DNA of 64,000 bases, taken from assembly GCA_977862235.1 (NCBI GenBank), contig OZ374559.1, forward strand, positions 1,550,001-1,614,000, in the 5' to 3' direction. The notes beneath the pieces are model-generated. The model made no database searches and was not told the origin of the DNA. It saw only the letters and a list, made by a program, of their open reading frames with translations. This DNA comes from Dudresnaya verticillata. Lineage: Eukaryota. A program made the position numbers and the translations under genes. Shown here piece after piece: positions 23,885-35,298 of the stretch (within the stretch, counting starts at the first letter, position 1; each line of letters begins with the position of its first letter).

Positions 23885-26800
23885 GTGGCACCATAAATGG
23901 ATTCACTTACTGTACTAACTTTTCCTCCCAGAACTTGGCATTTGTCTTGAAAAGGATCAAAGCATCAAAACGTTGAGGCGTGTGACGTCATTAGAGCATT
24001 TCATTTTTAGCTAGATCTTGCTCAGAACTCGCACCTGAGCCACATCCCGATGCCAGAATGAGAACTTCCCATTACACACCGCAGCAAGATTGATCAGACA
24101 CTAGCCCTGAGCTTCAACAAAATCACGCGACTGTTGCCTGCCCCACATTTTGCTCATGGCTCTCGTGGTGTTTGTGATGCGCCACAACCCATTGCAACAC
24201 AACAGAGTACATCAAGACTACATGTACCAGCTTTAACACAGATCGTGATTAACGAAACTGTAGAACATAGCTGCGATCATCCCGTCTAGTCCCGGAGCTC
24301 GCCCAGGACCCCGATCTCGCCATGAAGAGCCACCGGCGCTCCCAACCGGGCCTTCTTCTCTCGCTAATTTTGTGGTTCCCAACAGGGGAGCCCCTACCCG
24401 CCGTACACTCTTGGAGAGTCTCCTTTCACATGAATTTTAGATAGGCCTCCCTAGTAGGATTCCTATGCATGAAGGTCTCTGGAGACCGTGGAGACCTCTC
24501 TATCATCAAGTTTTATGTCTGTGCCTAATTCCACCACACAATATCATGCGACGCAGTCGTTGTGAATAGTGACGGAGTACTCGCCCACCTCATAGATTGA
24601 CCTACCCGGTGGTTGGTCTAAAACTAGATTAAAGGTCCCGCCTGGGGCAGAAGTGCAAGGGCAGCTCCAACAAATCTATCGCGTGCTCAGAGAAACCAGC
24701 ATCAGTGGAGTAATCCTTTTTGTTGTCGTTGACTGCGTAAGACTAGACCATTAAAATGCTGGCCTGGATGTCGATACGGCCTGCAAGCGTACTATGTCTA
24801 AGAAAGATAGCGGGTAGACTCATAGGAATTGGCTTGTGGTGTCAAAGTTTGGTGGCGTACGGTTTGCCGAGATCCTGATGCAACCGATCCCTTGCGTGGT
24901 CCATGAGACGGTATCAGGGGACAAACCATCTTCAGCGCGCAAACTGTGCCAAGACGAATATTGAATAGAGTGTTGACGAAGACCCTTTCGCTCGTTACTT
25001 TTCCATCTTTCACGGCCTGCACACCGAGTGATTTTCCTTTGAAGGAAACATGTCCCTGGAATGCGTGGCAGTTTCTGCAAATGCCTATCTTCCCTCCCGA
25101 CCCTGTGTATGCCGGAAATGGTTCGGACTGTATTTTCGCATACAACTCCAGCCCAACGTCGACCCCCAAGTTTCCATTCACGCTCGTTGTCTCTGTCCAC
25201 CTCTTTATTCTGGTGCGAAATCCTCTCCACTTGATAGCATACTTCTTCTTTTTCCTGGTGATCCCCGCCCCGATGACCGGCCGCAGACCATAGAAACCGC
25301 TCACGAAGTACGATGTTGCCGATGTCACCGTCACTGCACTTGTGGCGGACGCCGCAGGACGAGCAAGTCGGTTTTCGGCGTCATACCTCGGAGGTAGCAA
25401 CGATGCACGCACGTGTTCATACCGTTCATATTTGGCATTGAACGCGAGACGCATATGTACGTTCCCGCGTACCTGCGTTACCCAGTTCACTCCCACGAAC
25501 GCGCCCGCCTTAATGCTTCCGACGAATGGGATGCTCAAGCCGAAGCTCAGGCCCGGAATGAACCATCTCGCAAGCTCTCCAGTTCTCTTGCTTCCGTCCA
25601 GCGAAGCCTGGGCGTCAAGAGAAGCAGACAGTGAGGCTGTGAGCCTTTGATCCCACTCGAAGCGTATGGCCGATAAGCGTGTCAGTTTAAAACCGCTGAT
25701 CTTGGCATTCAAACTTGCAGAAACTTCCAAATGTACATTGTCTGCAATCTTTTCTCTCCTCTTAAACAACGTCAGCTTATCAGATGTGGGCAATTGGAGT
25801 GAACCAGTTGCATTTCTGAAATCCGGATACAATCGAGCATTGCGAGCTGCAAGTCTAGAGCTATCAAGACAGTCATCAAACTCAAAGGATTTGAGTTCCT
25901 CCTTTGCCGCCTCTGAAGCTTTCTCTTCATGGACTTTGATGTCGACTTCTGGTACCGCCTCCTCACCTGCAATATTAGCCATCGTAAGCAACACAGTGTC
26001 CCCGCCAATGTTCTGGGATTCCTTGATTTCGAAAAACCAGTAGCTATCCGCTTCGTCCGCATCAGGACCGGGGGATAGTTCCTCTGCGCAACCAATCTCC
26101 AAGTCAGCCTGCTCAATTGCAAAGACAACTCCTTTCTTGAAATCAGTCTGATCTAGCTTGTCGCCTGAGAGGCGGACCGTTCCCTCTTCAACAGTACCAG
26201 GGAAGTCGCAAGATTCAATTTTGATGTTGTCCTTGCTGAGTTCATCCCAAATCACAGTGTCGTGCTTCAAATGGACAGAGAAGTCGACGACATGACGAGT
26301 TGCTGGATCATCTGGGGATGGATCAGTGAGAGCATGGCCGTGGATAACTGAGGTGCCCCCGCCTCCTTTGGGGCCAGCATGGCAGCGAGAAACTGCCTCT
26401 GCCATGGGAAACAAGGCGAAGGCAAACAACAGAAAGAACAGACATTTGGATATGAAAGCAGAGGACAGACGCTGCATGGTGGATGCCTTGATGAAAAACA
26501 GGAATTGAGAGAGTTTTGTGGGCAACTGAGTGAGTCTTGAACAAGGGGATAGGGCTTCAACAAGAAGCAGCTTCCCAACTGAAAGCGTCCCTTTGTTGGA
26601 CTGCAGCTCTCGTCGTCTACGACTTTCCCAATACCCTATCACGAGAACAGCGATATGCTTTATACCGTTTTGTGATGAGCAAGAGCAATACTTGCAGCCT
26701 GACCCCCTGCGATTGCAGTATGAGATTCACAGCTGGATCAGAGTAAGCCCACACTCGCTTAGAGTTTTGAGAGTAGCTTTCTCGAAAGATACTCCCAAAA

Positions 26801-27531
26801 GGTCTCGAGGGCAGAGTTTGATGCCTAGGTGACGAGGAGATAGTGATGGGATAGAGCAAAGTCGTCACGAAATGAGTGAGAGAGCGGCGTTCTGCTTGCG
26901 ATAAGAGGATGTACCAGCAGGTAAGAAACATATTCCATATAGCAGATTCCAGCTGTACGATACAGAGCGATGTGGATGGCATTTTGACCATGATTGCAGT
27001 GAAGGAAGTTTCCAAATTGAACACGAATGCATCTTCGCTTAAGAGTTGGAGGGGGTTACCACGTAGAAACGAGCCTTTGACTTTTGCATTCAAAACTAAT
27101 GACGATGGATTCAATAATCGAGACATTAGACCGGTACTGTTACAGTAGCGTTTGATGGTAGTCATTCAGAGCGATGGGGTTCCGACAACCTCAGTTGCAT
27201 CCAAAGACTCCATACTGATCTCTTCTTGACACATGCTCGCAAGGATCCTATTGCGCTGTTCTGATACTGAGAGCTATGTATTATCCGATGTACAGTATTG
27301 TCGCTGTGCGCTTTTTTCCCGTATGGCTTAAATCACTGCGAATCTTTTCGATTGTCAGAGGTACGTCCCAACTCGTTTAGAAAAGTGCTAGTGGGCTTCC
27401 ACACCATGACTCTGCTTTGCTATTAGGGCGAAGCATGTAGAGACTGAACCGGGGGCCTCGTTGGCGGTGTGAAAAGCCATAGCGGACCCGACCATCATTA
27501 AAAAGCTTTAAAAGCCACCCAAAAGGTATAT
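23885..27531. repeat. Left arm of a large inverted repeat
   Basis: Reverse complement of 29175-32819. Mirrored ORF coordinates all sum to 56706. Confidence 0.97.
24798..26477 (-). CDS. Secreted protein of unknown function, copy 1 (559 aa from the likely ATG)
   Basis: Intronless ORF. MQRLSSAFISKCLFFLLFAFALFPMAEA is a signal peptide in a CCACCATG context. Acidic N-half; basic, beta-strand-rich C-half with Cys pairs. Confidence 0.85.
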   Translation of the reverse strand: MQRLSSAFISKCLFFLLFAFALFPMAEAVSRCHAGPKGGGGTSVIHGHALTDPSPDDPATRHVVDFSVHLKHDTVIWDELSKDNIKIESCDFPGTVEEGTVRLSGDKLDQTDFKKGVVFAIEQADLEIGCAEELSPGPDADEADSYWFFEIKESQNIGGDTVLLTMANIAGEEAVPEVDIKVHEEKASEAAKEELKSFEFDDCLDSSRLAARNARLYPDFRNATGSLQLPTSDKLTLFKRREKIADNVHLEVSASLNAKISGFKLTRLSAIRFEWDQRLTASLSASLDAQASLDGSKRTGELARWFIPGLSFGLSIPFVGSIKAGAFVGVNWVTQVRGNVHMRLAFNAKYERYEHVRASLLPPRYDAENRLARPAASATSAVTVTSATSYFVSGFYGLRPVIGAGITRKKKKYAIKWRGFRTRIKRWTETTSVNGNLGVDVGLELYAKIQSEPFPAYTGSGGKIGICRNCHAFQGHVSFKGKSLGVQAVKDGKVTSERVFVNTLFNIRLGTVCALKMVCPLIPSHGPRKGSVASGSRQTVRHQTLTPQANSYESTRYLS

Positions 27532-29174
27532 ACAGTAGATCCGCAATAATTGAGTACCGGTATTTGCATGGTAAATCAGTCTCCCACCACGGGAACCTTC
27601 AAAATTTAACCACAAATCAGTACCTATTCCCACTCGCTATTTGCATGGATCATTCTCGATCAGAGGTTGTCAAGAATAAGCCAGGCAGAGGGATCCACGT
27701 TTGCTATGCCCTGTATGTAGCAGGAGATTTGTAATGGAGGACAAACCGGGCGCTTATCGCCACATCACAGCCAATGTAACAATTTAATTCGCAACAGGTC
27801 AACAATGGAGGCAATGAAGGTGATGATGAGGAATGCGAGGCTTCAATTAGCCTGCCCCCATTGGCGATGGTGATGAAAGCCGTTGCTAGACGCAAACCCG
27901 GAGCATTGCGTGCCACACCGTAGATATCTGTATTTGGTGCTCTCTATGAGCAGACGTCGTTTTGATTGACACAACAATGCACCTTACAGTTCCGATAGTT
28001 GCATACGACCGCCTATTGAATGGGCTTCCTCGTCAGTATGCAATTATCGCGGACCTACGGCATATTTCTGTTATGTACCATACGGTATTGCACAGCAAGT
28101 GGGAAGGGACGAAAACGAATGACACTCGGTGCTTGAGAGTTGTAAACGTGCGGGAACAAGCAGCTTGTTTTACCTCGCACGTATGAACAAATTCGCAGCG
28201 CCACAGGATGCATAAGCACACAGTGCCGCATGTGAGTTTGTAGAAGCAGGTGAAGACCCTACAGAGCCTCCCGGGAATTGCGTTGGAGGACTAACGTTCG
28301 TTCCCACCTCGTCATCTAGTGTTCTAACTGCTTCGCTCCCGTCCTGGAACTTGCGAACGCCACCACCCCTCCTATTGGTCGTCCGGTGCCAGTTGGGTAC
28401 ATTTCACATATCCTCAACTACGCCCTGAGCTACATATAATATTGCGTCAGTTGCCTGCGCAAGACACTAGGCCGCCTCTTGCATCGGGACCCGACCCTAC
28501 GCCTTCTGGCCCAGGTGAGCAATGCGATTGATGCAATACTGTAGCAATGCGAGTTAGGCACACCACCACCCCCTCTGCGACGAACGGGTGCAAGTTCAAG
28601 AGTACGATAGTTGCGTCGTGCTGCCGAAGTATGCACACTCAAACCTTTACCAGATCGCCAGTTCGATCTCCAACATCGCAGATCATTCTAAACAGCGCCT
28701 GTATCCGCTTACCCATGCCCCTCATTGTGACATCTATGCTACCGCTTTCATCCAAGCGTTAGCCATTGTGGTGGGCATCACTGTCGTTCGGTGAACTGCA
28801 TTGTAGTTTTGGTGTGGAGTCATGCTGGAGAGACAACTAGCACGACAAAATGCAAGGTGATGAAAGGTTTCTGCATCACAAGCCGTTCTGATATGAATGT
28901 TCCTGTAACTGGACCTTTTGTGTGTGGCCGTTGGGTTCGTATTCCAGGGCGGTTCTCCAAGGTATCTTTCTCTATCTTCATCCCCTTCTACAACCCCACA
29001 TGGGGCACTGTGTGCTAATGCAACATGTGCACAGCGAGTATGTTCATACGTTCGACGTAAAACAACTTGTTACTTCACGAAAGTTACTACGCACAGCACC
29101 GAGTGCTGAGAAGACAACCATTCGTGTTCGTCCCTTCCCACTTGCTGTGCAATACTGTACCGCGACAAAAATAA

Positions 29175-32100
29175 ATATACCTTTTGGGTGGCTTTTAAAG
29201 CTTTTTAATGATGGTCGGGTCCGCTATGGCTTTTCACACCGCCAACGAGGCCCCCGGTTCAGTCTCTACATGCTTCGCCCTAATAGCAAAGCAGAGTCAT
29301 GGTGTGGAAGCCCACTAGCACTTTTCTAAACGAGTTGGGACGTACCTCTGACAATCGAAAAGATTCGCAGTGATTTAAGCCATACGGGAAAAAAGCGCAC
29401 AGCGACAATACTGTACATCGGATAATACATAGCTCTCAGTATCAGAACAGCGCAATAGGATCCTTGCGAGCATGTGTCAAGAAGAGATCAGTATGGAGTC
29501 TTTGGATGCAACTGAGGTTGTCGGAACCCCATCGCTCTGAATGACTACCATCAAACGCTACTGTAACAGTACCGGTCTAATGTCTCGATTATTGAATCCA
29601 TCGTCATTAGTTTTGAATGCAAAAGTCAAAGGCTCGTTTCTACGTGGTAACCCCCTCCAACTCTTAAGCGAAGATGCATTCGTGTTCAATTTGGAAACTT
29701 CCTTCACTGCAATCATGGTCAAAATGCCATCCACATCGCTCTGTATCGTACAGCTGGAATCTGCTATATGGAATATGTTTCTTACCTGCTGGTACATCCT
29801 CTTATCGCAAGCAGAACGCCGCTCTCTCACTCATTTCGTGACGACTTTGCTCTATCCCATCACTATCTCCTCGTCACCTAGGCATCAAACTCTGCCCTCG
29901 AGACCTTTTGGGAGTATCTTTCGAGAAAGCTACTCTCAAAACTCTAAGCGAGTGTGGGCTTACTCTGATCCAGCTGTGAATCTCATACTGCAATCGCAGG
30001 GGGTCAGGCTGCAAGTATTGCTCTTGCTCATCACAAAACGGTATAAAGCATATCGCTGTTCTCGTGATAGGGTATTGGGAAAGTCGTAGACGACGAGAGC
30101 TGCAGTCCAACAAAGGGACGCTTTCAGTTGGGAAGCTGCTTCTTGTTGAAGCCCTATCCCCTTGTTCAAGACTCACTCAGTTGCCCACAAAACTCTCTCA
30201 ATTCCTGTTTTTCATCAAGGCATCCACCATGCAGCGTCTGTCCTCTGCTTTCATATCCAAATGTCTGTTCTTTCTGTTGTTTGCCTTCGCCTTGTTTCCC
30301 ATGGCAGAGGCAGTTTCTCGCTGCCATGCTGGCCCCAAAGGAGGCGGGGGCACCTCAGTTATCCACGGCCATGCTCTCACTGATCCATCCCCAGATGATC
30401 CAGCAACTCGTCATGTCGTCGACTTCTCTGTCCATTTGAAGCACGACACTGTGATTTGGGATGAACTCAGCAAGGACAACATCAAAATTGAATCTTGCGA
30501 CTTCCCTGGTACTGTTGAAGAGGGAACGGTCCGCCTCTCAGGCGACAAGCTAGATCAGACTGATTTCAAGAAAGGAGTTGTCTTTGCAATTGAGCAGGCT
30601 GACTTGGAGATTGGTTGCGCAGAGGAACTATCCCCCGGTCCTGATGCGGACGAAGCGGATAGCTACTGGTTTTTCGAAATCAAGGAATCCCAGAACATTG
30701 GCGGGGACACTGTGTTGCTTACGATGGCTAATATTGCAGGTGAGGAGGCGGTACCAGAAGTCGACATCAAAGTCCATGAAGAGAAAGCTTCAGAGGCGGC
30801 AAAGGAGGAACTCAAATCCTTTGAGTTTGATGACTGTCTTGATAGCTCTAGACTTGCAGCTCGCAATGCTCGATTGTATCCGGATTTCAGAAATGCAACT
30901 GGTTCACTCCAATTGCCCACATCTGATAAGCTGACGTTGTTTAAGAGGAGAGAAAAGATTGCAGACAATGTACATTTGGAAGTTTCTGCAAGTTTGAATG
31001 CCAAGATCAGCGGTTTTAAACTGACACGCTTATCGGCCATACGCTTCGAGTGGGATCAAAGGCTCACAGCCTCACTGTCTGCTTCTCTTGACGCCCAGGC
31101 TTCGCTGGACGGAAGCAAGAGAACTGGAGAGCTTGCGAGATGGTTCATTCCGGGCCTGAGCTTCGGCTTGAGCATCCCATTCGTCGGAAGCATTAAGGCG
31201 GGCGCGTTCGTGGGAGTGAACTGGGTAACGCAGGTACGCGGGAACGTACATATGCGTCTCGCGTTCAATGCCAAATATGAACGGTATGAACACGTGCGTG
31301 CATCGTTGCTACCTCCGAGGTATGACGCCGAAAACCGACTTGCTCGTCCTGCGGCGTCCGCCACAAGTGCAGTGACGGTGACATCGGCAACATCGTACTT
31401 CGTGAGCGGTTTCTATGGTCTGCGGCCGGTCATCGGGGCGGGGATCACCAGGAAAAAGAAGAAGTATGCTATCAAGTGGAGAGGATTTCGCACCAGAATA
31501 AAGAGGTGGACAGAGACAACGAGCGTGAATGGAAACTTGGGGGTCGACGTTGGGCTGGAGTTGTATGCGAAAATACAGTCCGAACCATTTCCGGCATACA
31601 CAGGGTCGGGAGGGAAGATAGGCATTTGCAGAAACTGCCACGCATTCCAGGGACATGTTTCCTTCAAAGGAAAATCACTCGGTGTGCAGGCCGTGAAAGA
31701 TGGAAAAGTAACGAGCGAAAGGGTCTTCGTCAACACTCTATTCAATATTCGTCTTGGCACAGTTTGCGCGCTGAAGATGGTTTGTCCCCTGATACCGTCT
31801 CATGGACCACGCAAGGGATCGGTTGCATCAGGATCTCGGCAAACCGTACGCCACCAAACTTTGACACCACAAGCCAATTCCTATGAGTCTACCCGCTATC
31901 TTTCTTAGACATAGTACGCTTGCAGGCCGTATCGACATCCAGGCCAGCATTTTAATGGTCTAGTCTTACGCAGTCAACGACAACAAAAAGGATTACTCCA
32001 CTGATGCTGGTTTCTCTGAGCACGCGATAGATTTGTTGGAGCTGCCCTTGCACTTCTGCCCCAGGCGGGACCTTTAATCTAGTTTTAGACCAACCACCGG

Positions 32101-32819
32101 GTAGGTCAATCTATGAGGTGGGCGAGTACTCCGTCACTATTCACAACGACTGCGTCGCATGATATTGTGTGGTGGAATTAGGCACAGACATAAAACTTGA
32201 TGATAGAGAGGTCTCCACGGTCTCCAGAGACCTTCATGCATAGGAATCCTACTAGGGAGGCCTATCTAAAATTCATGTGAAAGGAGACTCTCCAAGAGTG
32301 TACGGCGGGTAGGGGCTCCCCTGTTGGGAACCACAACATTAGCGAGAGGAGAAGGCCCGGTTGGGAGCGTCGGTGGCTCTTCATGGCGAGATCGGGGCCC
32401 TGGGCGAGCTCCGGGACTAGACGGGATGATCGTAGCTATGTTCTACAGTTAGTTAATCACGATCTGTGTTAAAGCTGGTACATGTAGTCTTGATGTACTC
32501 TGTTGTGTTGCAATGGGATGTGGCGCAACACAAACACCACGAGAGCCGTGAGCAAAATGTGGGGCAGGCAACAGTCGCGTGATTTTGTTGAAGCTCAGGG
32601 CTAGTGTCTGATCAATCTTGCTGTGGTGTTTACTGGGAAGTTCTCATTCTGGCATCGAGATCTGGCTCAGGTGCGAGTTCTGAGCCAGATCCAGCTAAAT
32701 TAGAATGCTCTAATGACGTCACACGCCTCAACGTCTTGATGCTTTGATCCTTTTCAAGACAAATGGCAAGTTCTTGGAGGAAAAGTTAGTACAGTAAGTG
32801 AATCCATTTATGGTGCTAC
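29175..32819. repeat. Right arm of the large inverted repeat
   Basis: Reverse complement of 23885-27531. The spacer 27532-29174 is unique. Confidence 0.97.
30229..31908 (+). CDS. Secreted protein of unknown function, copy 2 (identical to copy 1)
   Basis: Identical translation in the ORF track (30064..31908 vs 24798..26642). Confidence 0.85.
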   Translation: MQRLSSAFISKCLFFLLFAFALFPMAEAVSRCHAGPKGGGGTSVIHGHALTDPSPDDPATRHVVDFSVHLKHDTVIWDELSKDNIKIESCDFPGTVEEGTVRLSGDKLDQTDFKKGVVFAIEQADLEIGCAEELSPGPDADEADSYWFFEIKESQNIGGDTVLLTMANIAGEEAVPEVDIKVHEEKASEAAKEELKSFEFDDCLDSSRLAARNARLYPDFRNATGSLQLPTSDKLTLFKRREKIADNVHLEVSASLNAKISGFKLTRLSAIRFEWDQRLTASLSASLDAQASLDGSKRTGELARWFIPGLSFGLSIPFVGSIKAGAFVGVNWVTQVRGNVHMRLAFNAKYERYEHVRASLLPPRYDAENRLARPAASATSAVTVTSATSYFVSGFYGLRPVIGAGITRKKKKYAIKWRGFRTRIKRWTETTSVNGNLGVDVGLELYAKIQSEPFPAYTGSGGKIGICRNCHAFQGHVSFKGKSLGVQAVKDGKVTSERVFVNTLFNIRLGTVCALKMVCPLIPSHGPRKGSVASGSRQTVRHQTLTPQANSYESTRYLS

Positions 32820-35034
32820 ATCTGCGCGACAAACGCAACACGTTGAAGCGCGTGATTCGCAGTGTGGTGTAAAGAACGGCGACTGAATGCTGTCTGCCAT
32901 TCCTTGCCCGAAAATTGCATCAAAAGCGAGGTTGAGCGCGCTGAGAAGCTGCTTGCGTCAACTACAATTGATGGCGACGAAAGGTTTTGCCGGTGGCTGT
33001 TGCCGAGGTTGAAGAACGACCGTCGGAAAGATACAGTATGTTTAAACTAGGCTAGAGTCGGATGCGTTGAGTCTTACCGTCCGTTGAGGGTGCCCAGGCT
33101 GGATACCAAGGACATTGGCCATGGCCGGGGCTTTATGGCACACTTTTGCAGCCTATTTCTCGTCGCGGCGCAATCGGTTCCGTGACCCGACTCACTATCG
33201 CAACATACCGACTCTTTCATAGCAATTGGTCATCGTTTTACCGCAACAAAGCAAAAACTTCTGTCCCGTATCTCACGTAGTGTAAATGCTGGTTTGCGTT
33301 GTGTGCGCAGGTATCCTCCGGAATGAGGGTACCCTCCCCTCCAGCTGGGACTGCCATTCTTTTGTGGCTCAATTGTCTCCTCTCGTTGTGCGGCTGGTAT
33401 GAATCAAGTTGGTACTGTGGTTTCCTGGATGTAATCGGACACTACGCCACTGTCTGTGATGCCCACGAAGTTTCCGTCAGTCCTAATTCCGCGATCCCTT
33501 GCAACTTGATGTTTTTATCGAGGACCCCCTTCTCGTCGATTCTTGGTCCGCACTCACTGACTACGAGTACGGGATGTATCTCTGATCAAGTCCTGGCTTT
33601 TTTGAACGCACAAACTTCGGTTACTACCGAAACCTATTTTGTCAACATGATATCGACTTACATCCTCTCGTTCATTACTTATATGTATGATGGTGTTGAT
33701 CTCGGATTCCAGACCAACCCTCAAAGTTTGGCTGAATTCCTCGCAGACAATCAGTGTGCTTCGCCGCTCTGTGAGAAACTTTCGGTTCTCCTTCATCCCA
33801 TTCCTTTCGGTGTTCAATATGTTGCTGTCAGTGAACAAGGTGTGTGAATCAATTTCACCTTCCCAGCGACGTATCTAGCTCTATATGGCAGTCTCGTCCC
33901 CTTGTGGGATACTCCTGATGCAGAGAGAGACCCCCAATCCCACGACTGAAACAACAGTACCACCATCTAAATGCAGAGCTATTTTTGTCCTAAGATCGGC
34001 ACTTGTCAAGATTATGTGAATATGAAGAATTAGTCTTCGTCAGTGATAGGGGAAACTAATTACGAAAATAACCGCCTAGAGAGGCTTTTGCAGCGGGAGA
34101 ACCGATTCGAGTTCCGCCGCCATTGATATCTCTCTGTCGTCAACTTGCTCCACGTTCGGCAGCATCGCCCTGCAGAGAGCCAAAGCCTTTCGAGTTTCAT
34201 TATTCAACAATGGTTGTGCAAATAGGGGAGGTGTAGGCTAGAGGATGCAAACTGTAAAATTTACCAAGCTATCCCAACAGCAGTTTGACGGAGCGACAGA
34301 TTGTCCTCCCCGAGAAGAGATTTTTTGCTAGGCTCTGAGCAAGTCAGACAGTCGGTCTAATGGTCGCATCCTTGTCGTCAATTGGGGCACTTGTCTAAGC
34401 AGAACAGGCAGAAGCGATCTCCTTCAAGAGCACATAACTTCTATATTCGCTCCGCTCCATGCCTTTACTTGCAGACGCAGAGACTCAGCGCAAGGAAGAA
34501 AGTTAAATTGCTGCAAATCTCTCGTAAATTGCGGGGTCCTAGTCCATGTGGCAAAAATGCAAATGATATGGCTTTCAACTCAAGTTGGTGCTATTTTGTG
34601 ATGTTAAAAGGTCCCAATTGCAATTATCAATATGTTAAGGTGCTAAAGTCTCGACGAATCTTTCTTGTCTAACGACATCATCGATAGTCTTTCGCAGCCA
34701 TAGTATTACACCTTGACAAGAACAGTGCAGGATTAGTGATTTTTGTTATACTCGATGACAATAAAGCATTTTACACTCTTTGTTCCCAGGTTTGGCCCAG
34801 ATTAGCTGTAGGTGCTATAAAAGACAGGCAATGAAGCTACCGAGCGACGGGCACATCCCAGCACCAGAAGACACCTCACAGCTTCGATTCGTTGACCATC
34901 ACCAGATACAAAAGCTTCCAGGAAGCGCAGTTCATCATACCATCTATCCAGACTATTTTGTGTGATTCGACCTTCTCCTCACAGCAAGCTCTATATCGCC
35001 CAAAAGGATGCGGAAGGTACGACTACAGGACTTA

Positions 35035-35298
35035 AAAATGCTGCAGTGGAGTTCTCGCTTCTGGTGGAAGGTATAACACCATCTGTGGAACTCGCTCCTA
35101 TGACTACACAACAAGATTCACAAATGCTGCGGCAGAGTTCTCGCTTCTGGCGGAAGGTATGGAGCCAGCTGTGGAACTCGCTCCTACGAATATAGGATCC
35201 AAAAATGTTACAGTAGAACCCTTAATTCTGGAGGAAGGTATGGAGACTGCTGTGGAACTCGTTCCTACGACTGCAGGTTCCACAAATGCTGCCGCGGG
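35035..35298. repeat. Diverged ~81-85-bp tandem repeat (3 copies plus a partial), probably the relic of a repeat-coding gene
   Basis: AAATG(C/T)T...TTCTGG(T/C/A)GGAAGGTAT...CTGTGGAACTCG(C/T)TCCTA recurs at ~35036, ~35122 and ~35203. Confidence 0.75.

Noticed and set aside
26617..27165. 182-aa ORF and its mirror 29541..30089
   Set aside because: No recognisable motif; it overlaps the promoter region of the secreted gene, and its duplication simply reflects the palindrome.
30064..30228. 55-aa N-terminal extension of the 614-aa ORF (and its mirror)
   Set aside because: Non-ATG start; ATG 30229 has a good context and begins the signal peptide.
32166..32820. Outer part of the palindrome arm as a solo LTR (TGT...ACA)
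   Set aside because: Weak terminal inverted repeat and no matching TSD; possible but unsupported.
33299..33847. 182-aa ORF
   Set aside because: Non-ATG start and no recognisable domain; may be a decayed gene fragment.
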